From Octopus sinensis (Eukaryota), in the NCBI RefSeq assembly GCF_006345805.1, contig NC_043014.1:34782001-34846000 (forward strand): a stretch of DNA of 64,000 nucleotides, read 5' to 3'. Below are positions 1-11,408 of the stretch, piece after piece. Each line of letters begins with the position of its first letter. The stretch's first letter is position 1. Under the pieces are notes generated by a model, which worked only from the letters and a program-made list of their open reading frames with translations, did no database searches and was not told where the DNA came from. Both the position numbers and the translations under genes were made by a program.

Positions 1-80
1 CTCGTATATAGTACGCACTAAGGATTTTGACCTTAAAATTTTGGGAAAAAAGTGTGGATTATACTCGAAGATTTACGGTA
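1..80. mobile_element. End of a pogo/Tc2-like element
   Basis: Terminal GGATTATACTCGAAGATTTACGG|TA resembles CCGTA-type TIRs. Confidence 0.45.
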
Positions 81-289
81 CTAATCATAGTGTTTAATAG
101 TTGATTAAATGTTTTTTGAGTTTAAATTAAATTTTCATATGGAAATTCTATTTTTGTTTAATATTGGAAATTATTCTACATTTAAAAATTTTTAATTTAA
201 AATCTATATTTGAAATTGTTCAATATGAAAAATTGTTTCAAGGTTCGATAAAAAATTTATGCCTTATGTCCATACAGACAAACATATCT

Positions 290-1290
290 ACCCCAACTGA
301 AATAGTGTAGAGCTCAACAGACTCAGAGGTAAAAGTCAAGTTACAGACAAGTCGTGGAAGCTGAAATAGCCCTGGCTGGTCATAGATTCAGCAAAGCTTA
401 TGACAGAAGGGAGGAGACAGAGAAAAATTGGGAGTTTCTACAGGAACCTGTTTCTATGTGACCTTTCACTGGTGCTATATCCCAGCTAACAGGTGTCATT
501 GTGGCGAAATTGTAGACAGAGATATAAAAGCTAAGAGAATAGGCTTGGAACAACTGGAAGAAAAGGAGAGAACAAACCAAGTACCTTGAGAAGCTAGGTA
601 TCAAGTATGCTTAGCTTGTGAAGAAGCTAGCATCCTGTAAGCATTTAGACAAGTTTCCAGTTTGAGGATAAATTCCTCTTACTTTTACTAATGATGAAGG
701 TTTTGCAGAGGTATCTGCACTGACATTCCTCTTCCAGCTATGCCATTAAAAAAAAAAATCAGTAGTGAAGCCTAGGTGTTGCAAAAAACAAAGCCAGAGT
801 AAAAACAGGACGGATTAAGTACAGGAAACTATTAAATCTGTTGGCACAAAGGGCTCCTCTCTTAAATACAGCAGACAGTATGATACTTTTGTATGAAGTG
901 CGATATTGGGGGAGCTGAATATGGAGAACATGTGAAAACTGAAAAGAAATAAGGTGGGTATGTTCTGCATATTTGTAATGTCAGCATTCATGAATGATGG
1001 AACACAAATTAACTGAGAGAAAAACTGAGGATTAAAAGTATGAGTTGTAATGTGCAAGAAATGAGACTGCACTGGTGCGGACATGTGATATGAATGAAGA
1101 TTGATCACTGAGTGAAAACTATCTTAAACAAAGTAAGTAGAAAGAGCCTACAGAAGAGGAAAAGCAAAAAAAACTTAAAAAGTGGTGAAGTCTGATCTCA
1201 GGATGCTGGCCCTCGCAAAAGAGATAAGGGATCATAAAATGGTGAGACCTGTCCAACCCATGACAGAATATGAAAGTAGGTGTAAAAATG
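290..1290 (+). mobile_element. Degenerate RTE ORF2 fragments
   Basis: Remnants such as LREKLRIKSMSCNVQEMRLHWCGHV and VVKSDLRMLAL. Confidence 0.55.
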
Positions 1291-1734
1291 ATAATTCAAG
1301 CATTCTATCAGCAATTCTAAGTGCTTAGAAAGACAAAAAGACAGATTTCTGAAATAATACATGTAATTTTCTAATCAGGTAAAATTCTATGAGAGAAACA
1401 GTTTAGAAGTTTCGCCACAAAGTTCCACACATGTTAAGTGCTCACATGTGGGTTCTGTCAAACTACATAGACTTTTGAACTTAGGATTTTCTCTTTTGTG
1501 TGACAAAACAAAACATAAATGGATTTCTTTTCATGAAGATCAAAAAGGGTCGATTATTTTCCGGGAAAGATAGTGTCAAATGAACTAATGCCTATACATT
1601 ACTGGTACTTATTTTATCAGTAAAGAACCAAAAAGAATAGTTTTCTGCAGTTAGTATCACAATAAAAAAAAATCAAAGAACATTCAAGTCTAAATTTAAA
1701 AAATTCACTGATCATGTTAATTATAACCATTTAC

Positions 1735-1851
1735 ATAACTTAAGTTTTGGCAACATGGTATGGAACTATAGAAAAGTCTCTCCAACCTATTCTGATCATT
1801 GTCATTTCTATTGTTTCTATCAAGGAGTGGTACTGCCTCCTTTCGAATTTT
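1735..1851 (-). CDS. Candidate 117-nt symmetric exon (KIRKEAVPLLDRNNRNDNDQNRLERLFYSSIPCCQNLSY)
   Basis: Pyrimidine-rich acceptor ...ttatgtattgtAG, open phase-0 frame, weak donor TAT|GTAAAT. Confidence 0.25.
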
Positions 1852-3961
1852 CTACAATACATAAGAAAGTAGCACAAAGAGGTGTAAATAATCAAATGAT
1901 AAGCAAACTATGATAGCCTCAAGTATGTTGAGAAGATAATTTATTATAAAGAAAAAAAACTATAAATAGGATTATATTGATCTGTAGCTGTTTGGATGGT
2001 TTACAAGATCAGCTAAATGGTGTTGGGATAGGTTCAGTGTCAGGCTCATGCAGGACTCTTGCCAGGCTCATAATAGAGATTTACTAGGCTTGTGGTAGGG
2101 TTGGTAACTGGCTCAGAGGAATGGTGCCAGGCTTGTGATAGGGGGAGTGCCAAGCTCATGACGGGAATAGTATCAGATTGATGACAGGAGTATGTTCATA
2201 ATAGGAGATGTAGTAGTCTCATGACAAGGGTGGCTCTTGTGAGAGGGGTGTTGTCATATGTGACAGGAGTGTTTTTTTGTGACAGGGGTGTTGTATTGTA
2301 ATGCTTAGATTCATGACATGGTAACCACTGAAATCTCAGCATGTTATGACAAATAATAAGAAAAGTTCTACAAGGTCTTTGTCAAAACTAGAGAAGAAGG
2401 TGGATTTTAGGGTCATAATTGCAGTAGAAGATTTCAATGAAAATGTAAAAAAAAAATTACAAGAATGGATGAATTATAGCTGAAAGAAAGAAAGCATCTT
2501 CTAATATAAAGTCATTGTGCAATAACATACACTTCAGGGAAAGGAAATTCATTTACTAGTCATCTATTAAGTGGAGCTAAGAAGTAAATATATTTTATTC
2601 TATGGTTGGTATTAGGAAGGGCATCCAGCTGTAGAAACCAAGCCAAAACAAAGAATGGAACCTGGTGCAACACCTGTAAAACTGTCCAATCCATGCCAGT
2701 ATGGAAAATGTTGATGACCATAATGATGATGCAGATCCAAAAAGAAATGTTCAAGAATACAAGTCCATCTATGGTGAGAAATGTGCTCTCAAGATATATT
2801 AGTGGTTTGTGAGGTCAAAGTAAAAACCTTAACTAGAAGGAGAACAACACAGAAGACAAAATGGTATTTCTAGAAGACAACCTTCTATAATCCACTAACC
2901 AGTATGATGGTAGATTAGTAGTAATTTAGGCTATAAAAGATAGGTGATACCATCTAAGAAGCAAAGTTTACTTAGCAAAGAATAAAAAGATACATAGTTG
3001 CCAGCTGACCAATTTCTAATGCTATCACAAAAAGAGGGAAGGAAATGTAGAAAACAGGATGGTCAAGGCTAGAATGCCCAGTTATAAATCTATTGGATTG
3101 AGGCTGAACTGCGGCTAAACACTACTGACTTGAATGCTTGCAACAGAGGGCACTTCAATAAAGCTCACTTTGTGAGAAAATCATTTACATACTGATACCA
3201 ACTAAGAAAGCCTATACTAACTATCCTCCCTTCCAAAAACCAGCAAAGAAAAATATTTTCAAGCACATGCATAATACATATTGCAGGTAATAGAATACAA
3301 GCATTAGACCATTATTTATTTTCTAAGAATCTGATTTTATCATTTTAACTTTGTATTCTAATGCAGGTACATTCCTCTGTCTTACATCTAAATTTTCACA
3401 AATGGCTGAACTGAGAACTTGTTGAACTTATGTGTCTTGCTCAGAGGTGCAATCAAAATACTTCCAGCAGATGTGAACTCATGATCCACGTGCTGGAAGT
3501 CTATTTTACCCACTCAACTATACTGCTAATGCTGCACAATTTCTATATAACAATAGCCAATATAAAATGTTGGTTGGTTGGTTGATTTCTGTAGTCATGC
3601 TTTACATCCCAAAGAGAGAGAAGATGGGGAGAAAATGAGAGATATAGAGAAGTTTGGGACAAGAGCACATACTAAACTTGGAGGCAGATAACAAGTAAAG
3701 GAACATTTCACACATACACATAATGAGAGAGAGAGAGTCAGAGAAAGAAGAGGAATTATACAAAAGAGAAATTTGTTTTGTTTAATTTTAAGCTAATAAA
3801 TAATTTTCTTTTGAAAATTAGCATCCATTTCATCATTTTGTATAAGCACCAAGGAATTTGATAAAATTATATTCATTATGTGTATGCCATATTTCTTGAT
3901 ATTACCCATGGCGGCATAAGTACACTTCCTAGGTTGCCCAACATTATATATATATATATAA

Positions 3962-5685
3962 GTGTGTGACACTTGTGAAGACCTGTTGAGGCAGAGGCAA
4001 GTGTGTGACACTTGTGGAGACCTGTTGAGGCAAGTGTGTGACACTTGTGAAGACCTGTTGAGGCAAGTGAAAATCAAATCAAACCAAATCAAAATAGATG
4101 AACATCAATGGAATTTGTATCTTTGTGGTTCCAGTACTGGTGGCACACAAGAAAACCATCCGAACGTGGCCGTAGCCAGTACCGCATCGACTGGCCTCCG
4201 TGCTGTGGGCACAACAAACACCATCTGATCGTGGCCGTTCGCCAGCCTCATCTGGCACCTGTGTCGGTGGCACATAAAAACACCATCCGAAGACCCGGCG
4301 ACGTAGTCAGTCCACCTGTGCATACCTTCCTACTTATGACACTTGTGAAGACCTGTTGAGGCAAGGTGTGACACCTACTTATGACACTTGTGAAGACCTG
4401 TTGAGGCAAGTGTGTGACACTTGTGTAGACTGTTGAGGCAAGTGAAAATCAAATCAAATCAAATCAAGACCTGTTGAGGCAAGTGAAAATCAAATCAAAT
4501 CAAAAAACAAATCAAAATAGATGAACATCAATGGAATTTGTATCTTTGTGGTACCAGTACCGTTGGCACACAAGAAAACCATCCGAACGTGGCCGTAGCC
4601 AGTACCGCATCGACTGGCCTCTGTGACGTGGGCACATAACAAACACCATCCGATCGTGGCCGTTCGCCAGCCTCATCTGGCACCTGTGTCGGTGGCACAT
4701 AAAAACACCAACCGAAGACCCGGCAAGACTAGTCAGGCCATAACCCGTGGCCCCTACTTGGGACGTAGTCAGTCCCCTGTGCATACCTTCCTTCCTTCCT
4801 GTGACACTTGTGAAGACCTGTTGAGGCAAGTGAAAATCAAAAATCAAATCAAATCAAATCAAAATAGATGAACATCAATGGAATTTGTATCTTTGTGGTA
4901 CCAGTGCCGGTGACACACAAGAAAACCATCCGAACGTGGCCGTAGCCAGTACCGCATCGACTGGCCTCCGTGCTGTGGGCACGTAACAAACACCATCCGA
5001 TCGTGGCCGTTCGCAGCCTCATCTGGCACCTGTGTCGGTGGTGGCACATAAAAACACCATCCGAAGACCCGGCAAGACTAGTCAGGCCATAACCGTGGCC
5101 CCTACCTGGGACGTAGTCAGTCCACCTGTGCATACCTTCCTTCTTGTGACACTTGTGAAGACCTGTTGAGCAAGTGAAAATCAAATCAAAACAAATCAAA
5201 ATAGATGAACATCAATGGAATTTGTATCTTTGTGGTACCAGTGCCGGTGGCACACAAGAAAATCATCCGAACGTGGCCGTAGCCAGTACCGCATAGACTG
5301 GCCTCCGTGCTTTGGGGACGTAACAAACACCATCCGATCGGGGCCGTCCGCCAGCCTCATCTGGCACCTGTGTGTGGTGGCACATAAAAACACCATCCGA
5401 GCGTGGCCGTCTGCCAGCCTCGTCTGGCACCTGTGTCGGTGGCACATAAAAACACCATCCGAGCGTGGCCGTTTGCCAGCCTCGTCTGGCACCTGTGTCG
5501 GTGGCACATAAAATCACCCACTACTCTTTCGGAGTGGTTGGCGTTAGGAAGGGCATCCAGCTGTAGAAACACTGCCAGATCTGACTGGCCTGGTGCAGCC
5601 TTCGGGCTCCCCAGACCCCAGTTGAACCGTCCAACCCATGCTAGCATGGAAAACGGACGCTAAATGATGATGATGATGATGATGA
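3962..5685 (+). repeat. Tandem array of four RTE 3'-UTR units (~340 bp) ending in a single RTE tail
   Basis: Anchor AAAATAGATGAACATC at ~4091, 4514, 4861, 5198; extra ~30-bp GTGACACTTGTGAAGACCTGTTGAGGCAA subrepeats; one (GAT)n tail at ~5665-5685. Confidence 0.85.
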
Positions 5686-5695
5686 TATATATGTG

Positions 5696-6080
5696 TGGAG
5701 GCGCAATGGCCCAGTGGTTAGGGCAGCGGACTCGCGGTCATAGGATCGCGGTTTTGATTCCAAGACCGGGCGTTGTGAGTGTTTATTGAGCGAAAACACC
5801 TAAAGCTCCACGAGGCTCCGGCAGGGGATGGTGGTGATCCCTGCTGTACTCTTTCACCTCAACTTTCTCTCACTCTTTCTTCCTGTTTCTGTTGTACCTG
5901 TATTTCGAAGGGCCGGCCTTGTCACTCTCTGTGTCACGCTGAATATCCCCGAGAACTATGTTAAGGGTACACGTGTCTGTGGAGTGCTCAGCCACTTACA
6001 TGTTAATTTCACGAGCAGGCTGTTCCGTTGATTCGGATCAACCGGAACCCTCATCGTCGTAACCGACGGAGTGCTTCCAC
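5696..6080 (+). mobile_element. tRNA-derived SINE family C
   Basis: GGAGGCGCAATGGCCCAGTGGTTAGGGCAGCGGACTCGC head with A and B boxes; same head and middle as the copy at 51154-51461. Confidence 0.85.
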
Positions 6081-6187
6081 ATATATATATATATATAGGG
6101 AGAGTTTACGTAAAAGACAAAAGACGAAGATAGGTGGTGTACAAAACAAACAGATGTATTAGTATAACGCTCAGGAATAGAAAAAGT

Positions 6188-6224
6188 CTTTTACGTTTCG
6201 AGCCTACGCTCTTCTACAGAAAAG
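6188..6224 (-). ncRNA. Minimal hammerhead-like motif (CTGTWGA core variant); second copy at 55943-55978 (+)
   Basis: CTTTT-CTGTAGA-A-GAGC gtag GCTC-GAAA-CG-TA-AAAG; the A6-equivalent position is substituted. Confidence 0.5.
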
Positions 6225-6364
6225 GACACAGAAAACAAGGAGAGAAAAAAATGTGTGTAGTGGCTAACGATCTATCATGGCAACTCATATATATGTGACC
6301 TCGTGAGTACCGCTGGTGATTTTTTTCCTCTGTCTTCCCTTCTCGGGATCTTTCCTTCTCCTAT

Positions 6365-6399
6365 GTTTCCGACGAAGAGCTCCGCTCGAAACGTTAAAC
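6365..6399 (+). ncRNA. Minimal type I hammerhead-ribozyme-like motif (CCGACGA core variant) in a ~180-bp repeat; second copy at 43794-43828 (-)
   Basis: GTTT-CCGACGA-A-GAGC tcc GCTC-GAAA-CG-TT-AAAC: stem I GTTT/AAAC, stem II GAGC/GCTC, palindromic ACGT stem III. Confidence 0.6.
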
Positions 6400-7280
6400 C
6401 CTCCTTCTTCCCTTCTTCCTGAGCGTCCAATAATACTTTATTTGTTCCATGTCCTCGCGTTGTTTTTATTGTGTTTTCTTGTTTGGATTAACTATATATA
6501 TATATATATATAATATATATATATATAATATAATAAAAGGGTAAATAATTTTTTCAATGGTTTTTCAGACAACCAACAATTATTTACCGGTAGATTTCGG
6601 TATGTAAATATGACCTTTAGCGTCGGGAACTTCTGTGGAGTTCAGTATATATAGTATATAAGTAAAAGGGAAAAATTCACAATCAAAATATTAGTTTGGG
6701 CCTCAGATAAATGAACAGAGTAAATCACTACAGCTTTTGGAGATTATCCTCCTTTGGATAAGGCATAGAGCGAAAAGAGAGGAAGAAAGATGAGTAGAAA
6801 CTGGAAAACAAAAGAAAATATTAGATTCAGGTGAAAGAAAAACTATGTGGAGCTGGTCTTCATACCGGCTGGTGACTGACCAGAATTTAGAAAGTGGGCT
6901 AAATGGAATGTTTTAAGACAGAAGAGCAAATGTAAGAGGCATATGTCTGTGCACAGGCTAGTGCATGTATGTGAGGGATGTGGAAAAGCAGTTTCTCTGT
7001 GTATAGTTGTTAGCATGTCTACGTGTGGATTTCTTTTTATTTCTCTCAGTTACTGGATTGCAGCCATGCTAGGCACTGCCTTGAAGTGTTTAATTGAACA
7101 AATCAAACCAGTACTTACTTTTTTAGGGTTGCCACTTATTTCTATTGATCTCTTTTGCCAAACTGCTAAGTTATGGGGGACATACACACGCACAATGGGC
7201 TTCTTTCAGTTTCTATTTACCCAAATCTACTTACAAAGCTTTGGTTGGCCTGGGACTATAGTAGAAGATACTTGCTCAAG

Positions 7281-7510
7281 GCGGCGAGCTGGCAGAAACG
7301 TTAGCATGCCGGGCAAAATGCCTACCGGTATTTCGTCTACCGCTACGTTCTGAGTTCAGATTCCGCTGAGGTTGACTTTGCCTTTCATCCTTTCAGGGTC
7401 GATTAAATAAGTACCAGTTACACACTGGGGTCAATGTAATCGACTTAATCTGTTTGTCTGTCCTTGTTTGTCCCGTGTTTAGCCCCTTGTGGGTAGTAAA
7501 GAAATAGGTA
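7281..7510 (+). mobile_element. tRNA-derived SINE family B (here nested inside a family A copy); other copies at ~12186-12342(-), 21703-21933(-), 26180-26365(+), 32440-32660(-), 35290-35460(-)
   Basis: GGCGAGCTGGCAGAA head, GAGTTCAAATTCC B box, core GTCGACTTTGCCTTTCATCCTTTCGGGGTCGAT, tail GGGTAGTAAAGAAAT. Confidence 0.88.
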
Positions 7511-8299
7511 TTGTGAAATAGGACTGAACCGAAGACCACATGGTTAGAAAGCAAGCTTCTAACTCACACAGCTATGCCTGCACCTATTTGTGTATGTCTG
7601 ATATATGAACTGCTGCTTTAGTATGGCCTTAGCTAAAAACAAATGAACTAGTGTGCATGTATATATATATAAAATCATCATTGAAGTCCTTTTTCCATGA
7701 TGATCCAAGAGGACTGTGCCAAGATCTAATGTCTACTCTGGCAAGGTTTCTATAGCTGGATGCCCTTCCTAATGCTAACCTCTTTACACAATGTACAGGG
7801 TGCTTCTTTATCATGACACCAGCACTAGTGAGCTCACCAAGTATTTGCAAGACAAGATCCCTCAACTGAGTGGAGTATAGTATTGAAAGATGTGAAAGTA
7901 TGATAAAGGTACAGGAACAGGTGTTTTGCTAAAGAGGCTAATACATGGCTCTCATAGGAAAAGAGAGAGAGAGAGAGATGTTGAGGGCATAACCTCAAGG
8001 TAGAAGGTAAATATGAGAGAGAGAATAGGGCTAGAACAGAAACAGTGTGTGGATAGGTAAGAGTGCTAGAGTGTGACATGATTACAGATGGGGACAGCGG
8101 TGAATAGTGATTATCAGTTTGGGAGAAGGAAAGTGAAGGAAATAGGAGTACCTCTGGGAAGAGGAAAAGTTATAAAGAACACTGATAAAGATACAGTCTA
8201 AAATGCAAGGATAGATAGATGCAAGGATTTACAGAACATGAGTGCATAGTAGTGCAGAAGATTAATGGAGCAATGGGTGTTAGAAGAGTTGTGGGTCAA

Positions 8300-10100
8300 G
8301 TCTTATAGGACCTCCTTTTTTGCTGAGATGGATAAGTTTTTCAAGCACAACATATCACCATTCATCTTCGTATTTTTAGCATCTCTTCCATGAGGCTCGG
8401 TATTTTCAGGTAAATTCTTCATTACTTCATTCTATGTCTTCCTGAGTCTTTGGCTTCCACAAGTTCCACCCACATTTAGCAATAACACTTCTTTATACAG
8501 CTGTCCTGATCCATCTGCATCATAAAACCATACCAACATAGTCTTCTCTCTTGCAGACCACATCTGATGCTTCCTAAACCCAATTTTTCTCTCAACATAT
8601 TTGTACTTTGTCATACAAGCACACTGACATTGCACATCCAGCTTCATTTCTTTCTAGTCTTCACATTTCCTCTGTATTCATGGCCCAAATTTCACAACCA
8701 TGTAGCACTGCTGTTCATATACTAACATGTGTCATAGAATCTGCCTTTCAGTCTGAGATAGGCTTTTGGTTACCATCTCCAGCCAATTGTTATTCTAGCA
8801 ACTAAACTTTCAGCACATTTCCCTCCAATGCTAATTAAGTCTCCTAGGTAACAAATTACCAACCACTTCTAACAATCCTCCTGGGCATTCCAGAAAACTT
8901 ATTTCCTTTGCGTTTTAAACATTTATTGCACCTACACATCTGCCACAATGTTTAATTTCTTTGTTAACCTTCATGTGATTCTACTGCGCCTCTTATAAGT
9001 CCATAGTTTGTACCATGTACACCATATGGGATCTCTACCAACACCTCTTCTACATATCAAATAGGGCCATTTACAGGAAAGGATTAATATTCTGTCTGTT
9101 TTTCTGCCAACAAGAACTTTAGTCTTTGCTTAGTTGATATTAGTTAATATTAAGGCCCTCTGATTCCAGATTTTGCTTCCACACATGGAATTTCATTTAA
9201 TTCTATAACAGTTTCTGCTATAAGAACCATATCATAAGCACAGAGAAGTTTCCTTGGGTAATCAGTCTTAAATATCTCTGTCGTGGCCTAGAGGACTATG
9301 ATAAAAAGGGACTTATAACCAAACCTTGCACACTAAATTCATCTCTGTATTCATTGCTCTCACCTTATTTACATGGCTTGAAGTGCCCTCACCAGCCATT
9401 CATCTACTCCTAGCTTCCAAAGTGACCAAGATATGAGGGAATGACAGACTTTGTTGAAGTTTTTTTCCAGGTTAATCAATGCCAAGTATAGTGGTTTACT
9501 TTTGGTTAAATAGTTCTCTTGCATTTACCATACTGTAAAGACAATATCAATAGCATTTCTCCCTGGTTCAAAACCAAACAGCATCTCATCTAGGCAAACT
9601 TTCTTCCTAATTTATTGAACTCAGTGACTCTCACGACCAAGTCCAGCAATTTGATACCTGTTATTACTCCTCTCTAAGGCATCTCTTTTAATCTTGTAAC
9701 AGTTGACTATAACACATCTACATAACTATACTACTAAATTAACTATAAAGGTGACAAGACCATATCCCAGTCCACCAAGTATTTTAAATATCTCAGCAGT
9801 AATTCCTGATTGACCAGAGACTTTCCCTGACTTCATATCTTTAACAGCAATGTCTATCACATTATTGGAATGAGAAGAGCTGAACCTTTTGTTGGGTTCA
9901 CATTAGGAAGACTCTCTCTCTCTCTCCCATTCATTCTTTATATCAAGTAGCCTGTCACAATTGCACTTCCATGCCTCTTTCTTTTCAGAATCACTAAGTG
10001 CATGTGCAGCATTATCCTTCCATACACACTTCTCTCCTACAACATTTTGACTTTCCTAATATATTATCTTGCAATCCAGAACATCTCATGCCATTAATCC
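8300..10100 (-). mobile_element. Degenerate RTE LINE ORF2 (reverse transcriptase region)
   Basis: Remnants such as QENYLTKSKPLYLALINLEK and a decayed QG...SP.LFIIVL / LL-YADD-like region; many stops and frameshifts. Confidence 0.8.
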
Positions 10101-10268
10101 TCACACAGTAGAAGATTACCAAACCTATAACATTTGATCTCAGAGTCAGTCACAACACCTTGGGCAAGTAACTTCCACTATAAGCTTCAAGCCAACCATT
10201 CTTGTGAGTGAATCTGAGAGACAGAAACTGAAAGAAGAATGTTCTGTGTGCATGTATATATGTGTGTG

Positions 10269-10310
<42 letters not shown>

Positions 10311-11373
10311 CATACACACACACACACATATATGAGGAACATGAGTTGTGGGTCAAAGCTTGACAGGAACTCATTTTTGCAGAAATGGACAAGTATTTTC
10401 AAGCACAACACATCACCATTCAACTTAGTGCTTTTGTCATCCCCTCCATGAGGCTCAATATTTTCAGATCAGTCTTCACTACTTTATCCCATGTCTTCCT
10501 GGATCTCCATCTTCCACAAGTTCCATTTACATTCATTCATTCATACACACACACACACACACATATATAAGCATCACTAGATGCAAATGATATTTATTTC
10601 CAGTTTTCTATGAGAAAAACCTGACAGACCAAGGGGAAATATAACTTTGCTTGAAAACAAGTAAGATTTGATGGAAGGAAGGGTACCTGTCTGTAGACAA
10701 TCTATTTCAACAAATTTTGTCTGTTTCATGCAAGCATAGAAGAATGGACATTGTACGCAGTGTAGGGAGCTTTCCCTGGCTGCTATCCCACAGCAAATGA
10801 GTGTATAAATAAAACACACACACTATGTATGAGCAACTTGATAGTGTTTACATCACTAGAGCTGCTTTAAATTTTTTTTCACATGTGCTATGCTGCAGGG
10901 CAACAGCAAATAGATTTCACTCTATTTGCATAAACATTCCAGATCAGAGGTTCATTTTGTTTCGAGGTTGATCCAAGTGCATGGTATTGATAAGCCACAA
11001 TAATGGCGAAATACCAGTATCTACGATTCTCAGTCATCTGAGGCAAGTTGTCTCACTCAGTGTGGAGGCATTTGGTGTTCATTAATACTCGGTGTTGTGT
11101 AGGGATCTTTCCCTGGACGATATCCTGCAGCAAATGAGCATATAAACATATTACCATACACTGTGGTGTGTGACTGATAATGTTTACATCACTAGAGCTA
11201 CGTTTAATTTGCAATTTAATATATATACATACATAAGTTGTATGCGTCAGTTGTTGACTGCCATGACACTGCATCCTTTGAGGCCCTCATGCTTTCCGAA
11301 ATCCGCCGAAACTACACCTAATTATACATACACTTTAGATGAGTTGTAGTGCACCTGAGCACTGTACACAATG

Positions 11374-11408
<35 letters not shown>

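Noticed and set aside
2040-2300. Faint ~20-bp periodic GTGACAGGAGT-like repeat
   Set aside because: It is too degenerate to define a unit and has no convincing ORF on either strand.
3962-5520. CRISPR-like appearance of the ~30-bp and ~50-bp repeats
   Set aside because: There are no unique spacers or cas genes, the context is eukaryotic, and the repeats are RTE 3' UTR subunits.
5696-5770. tRNA gene
   Set aside because: There is no acceptor-stem closure or T-run terminator; it continues into a SINE body found elsewhere in the window.
11082-11150. Possible terminal exon (YRPGKDPYTTPSINEHQMPPH*)
   Set aside because: Two frames are equally plausible, there is no DEDD C-terminal signature, and the adjacent sequence resembles a LINE end.
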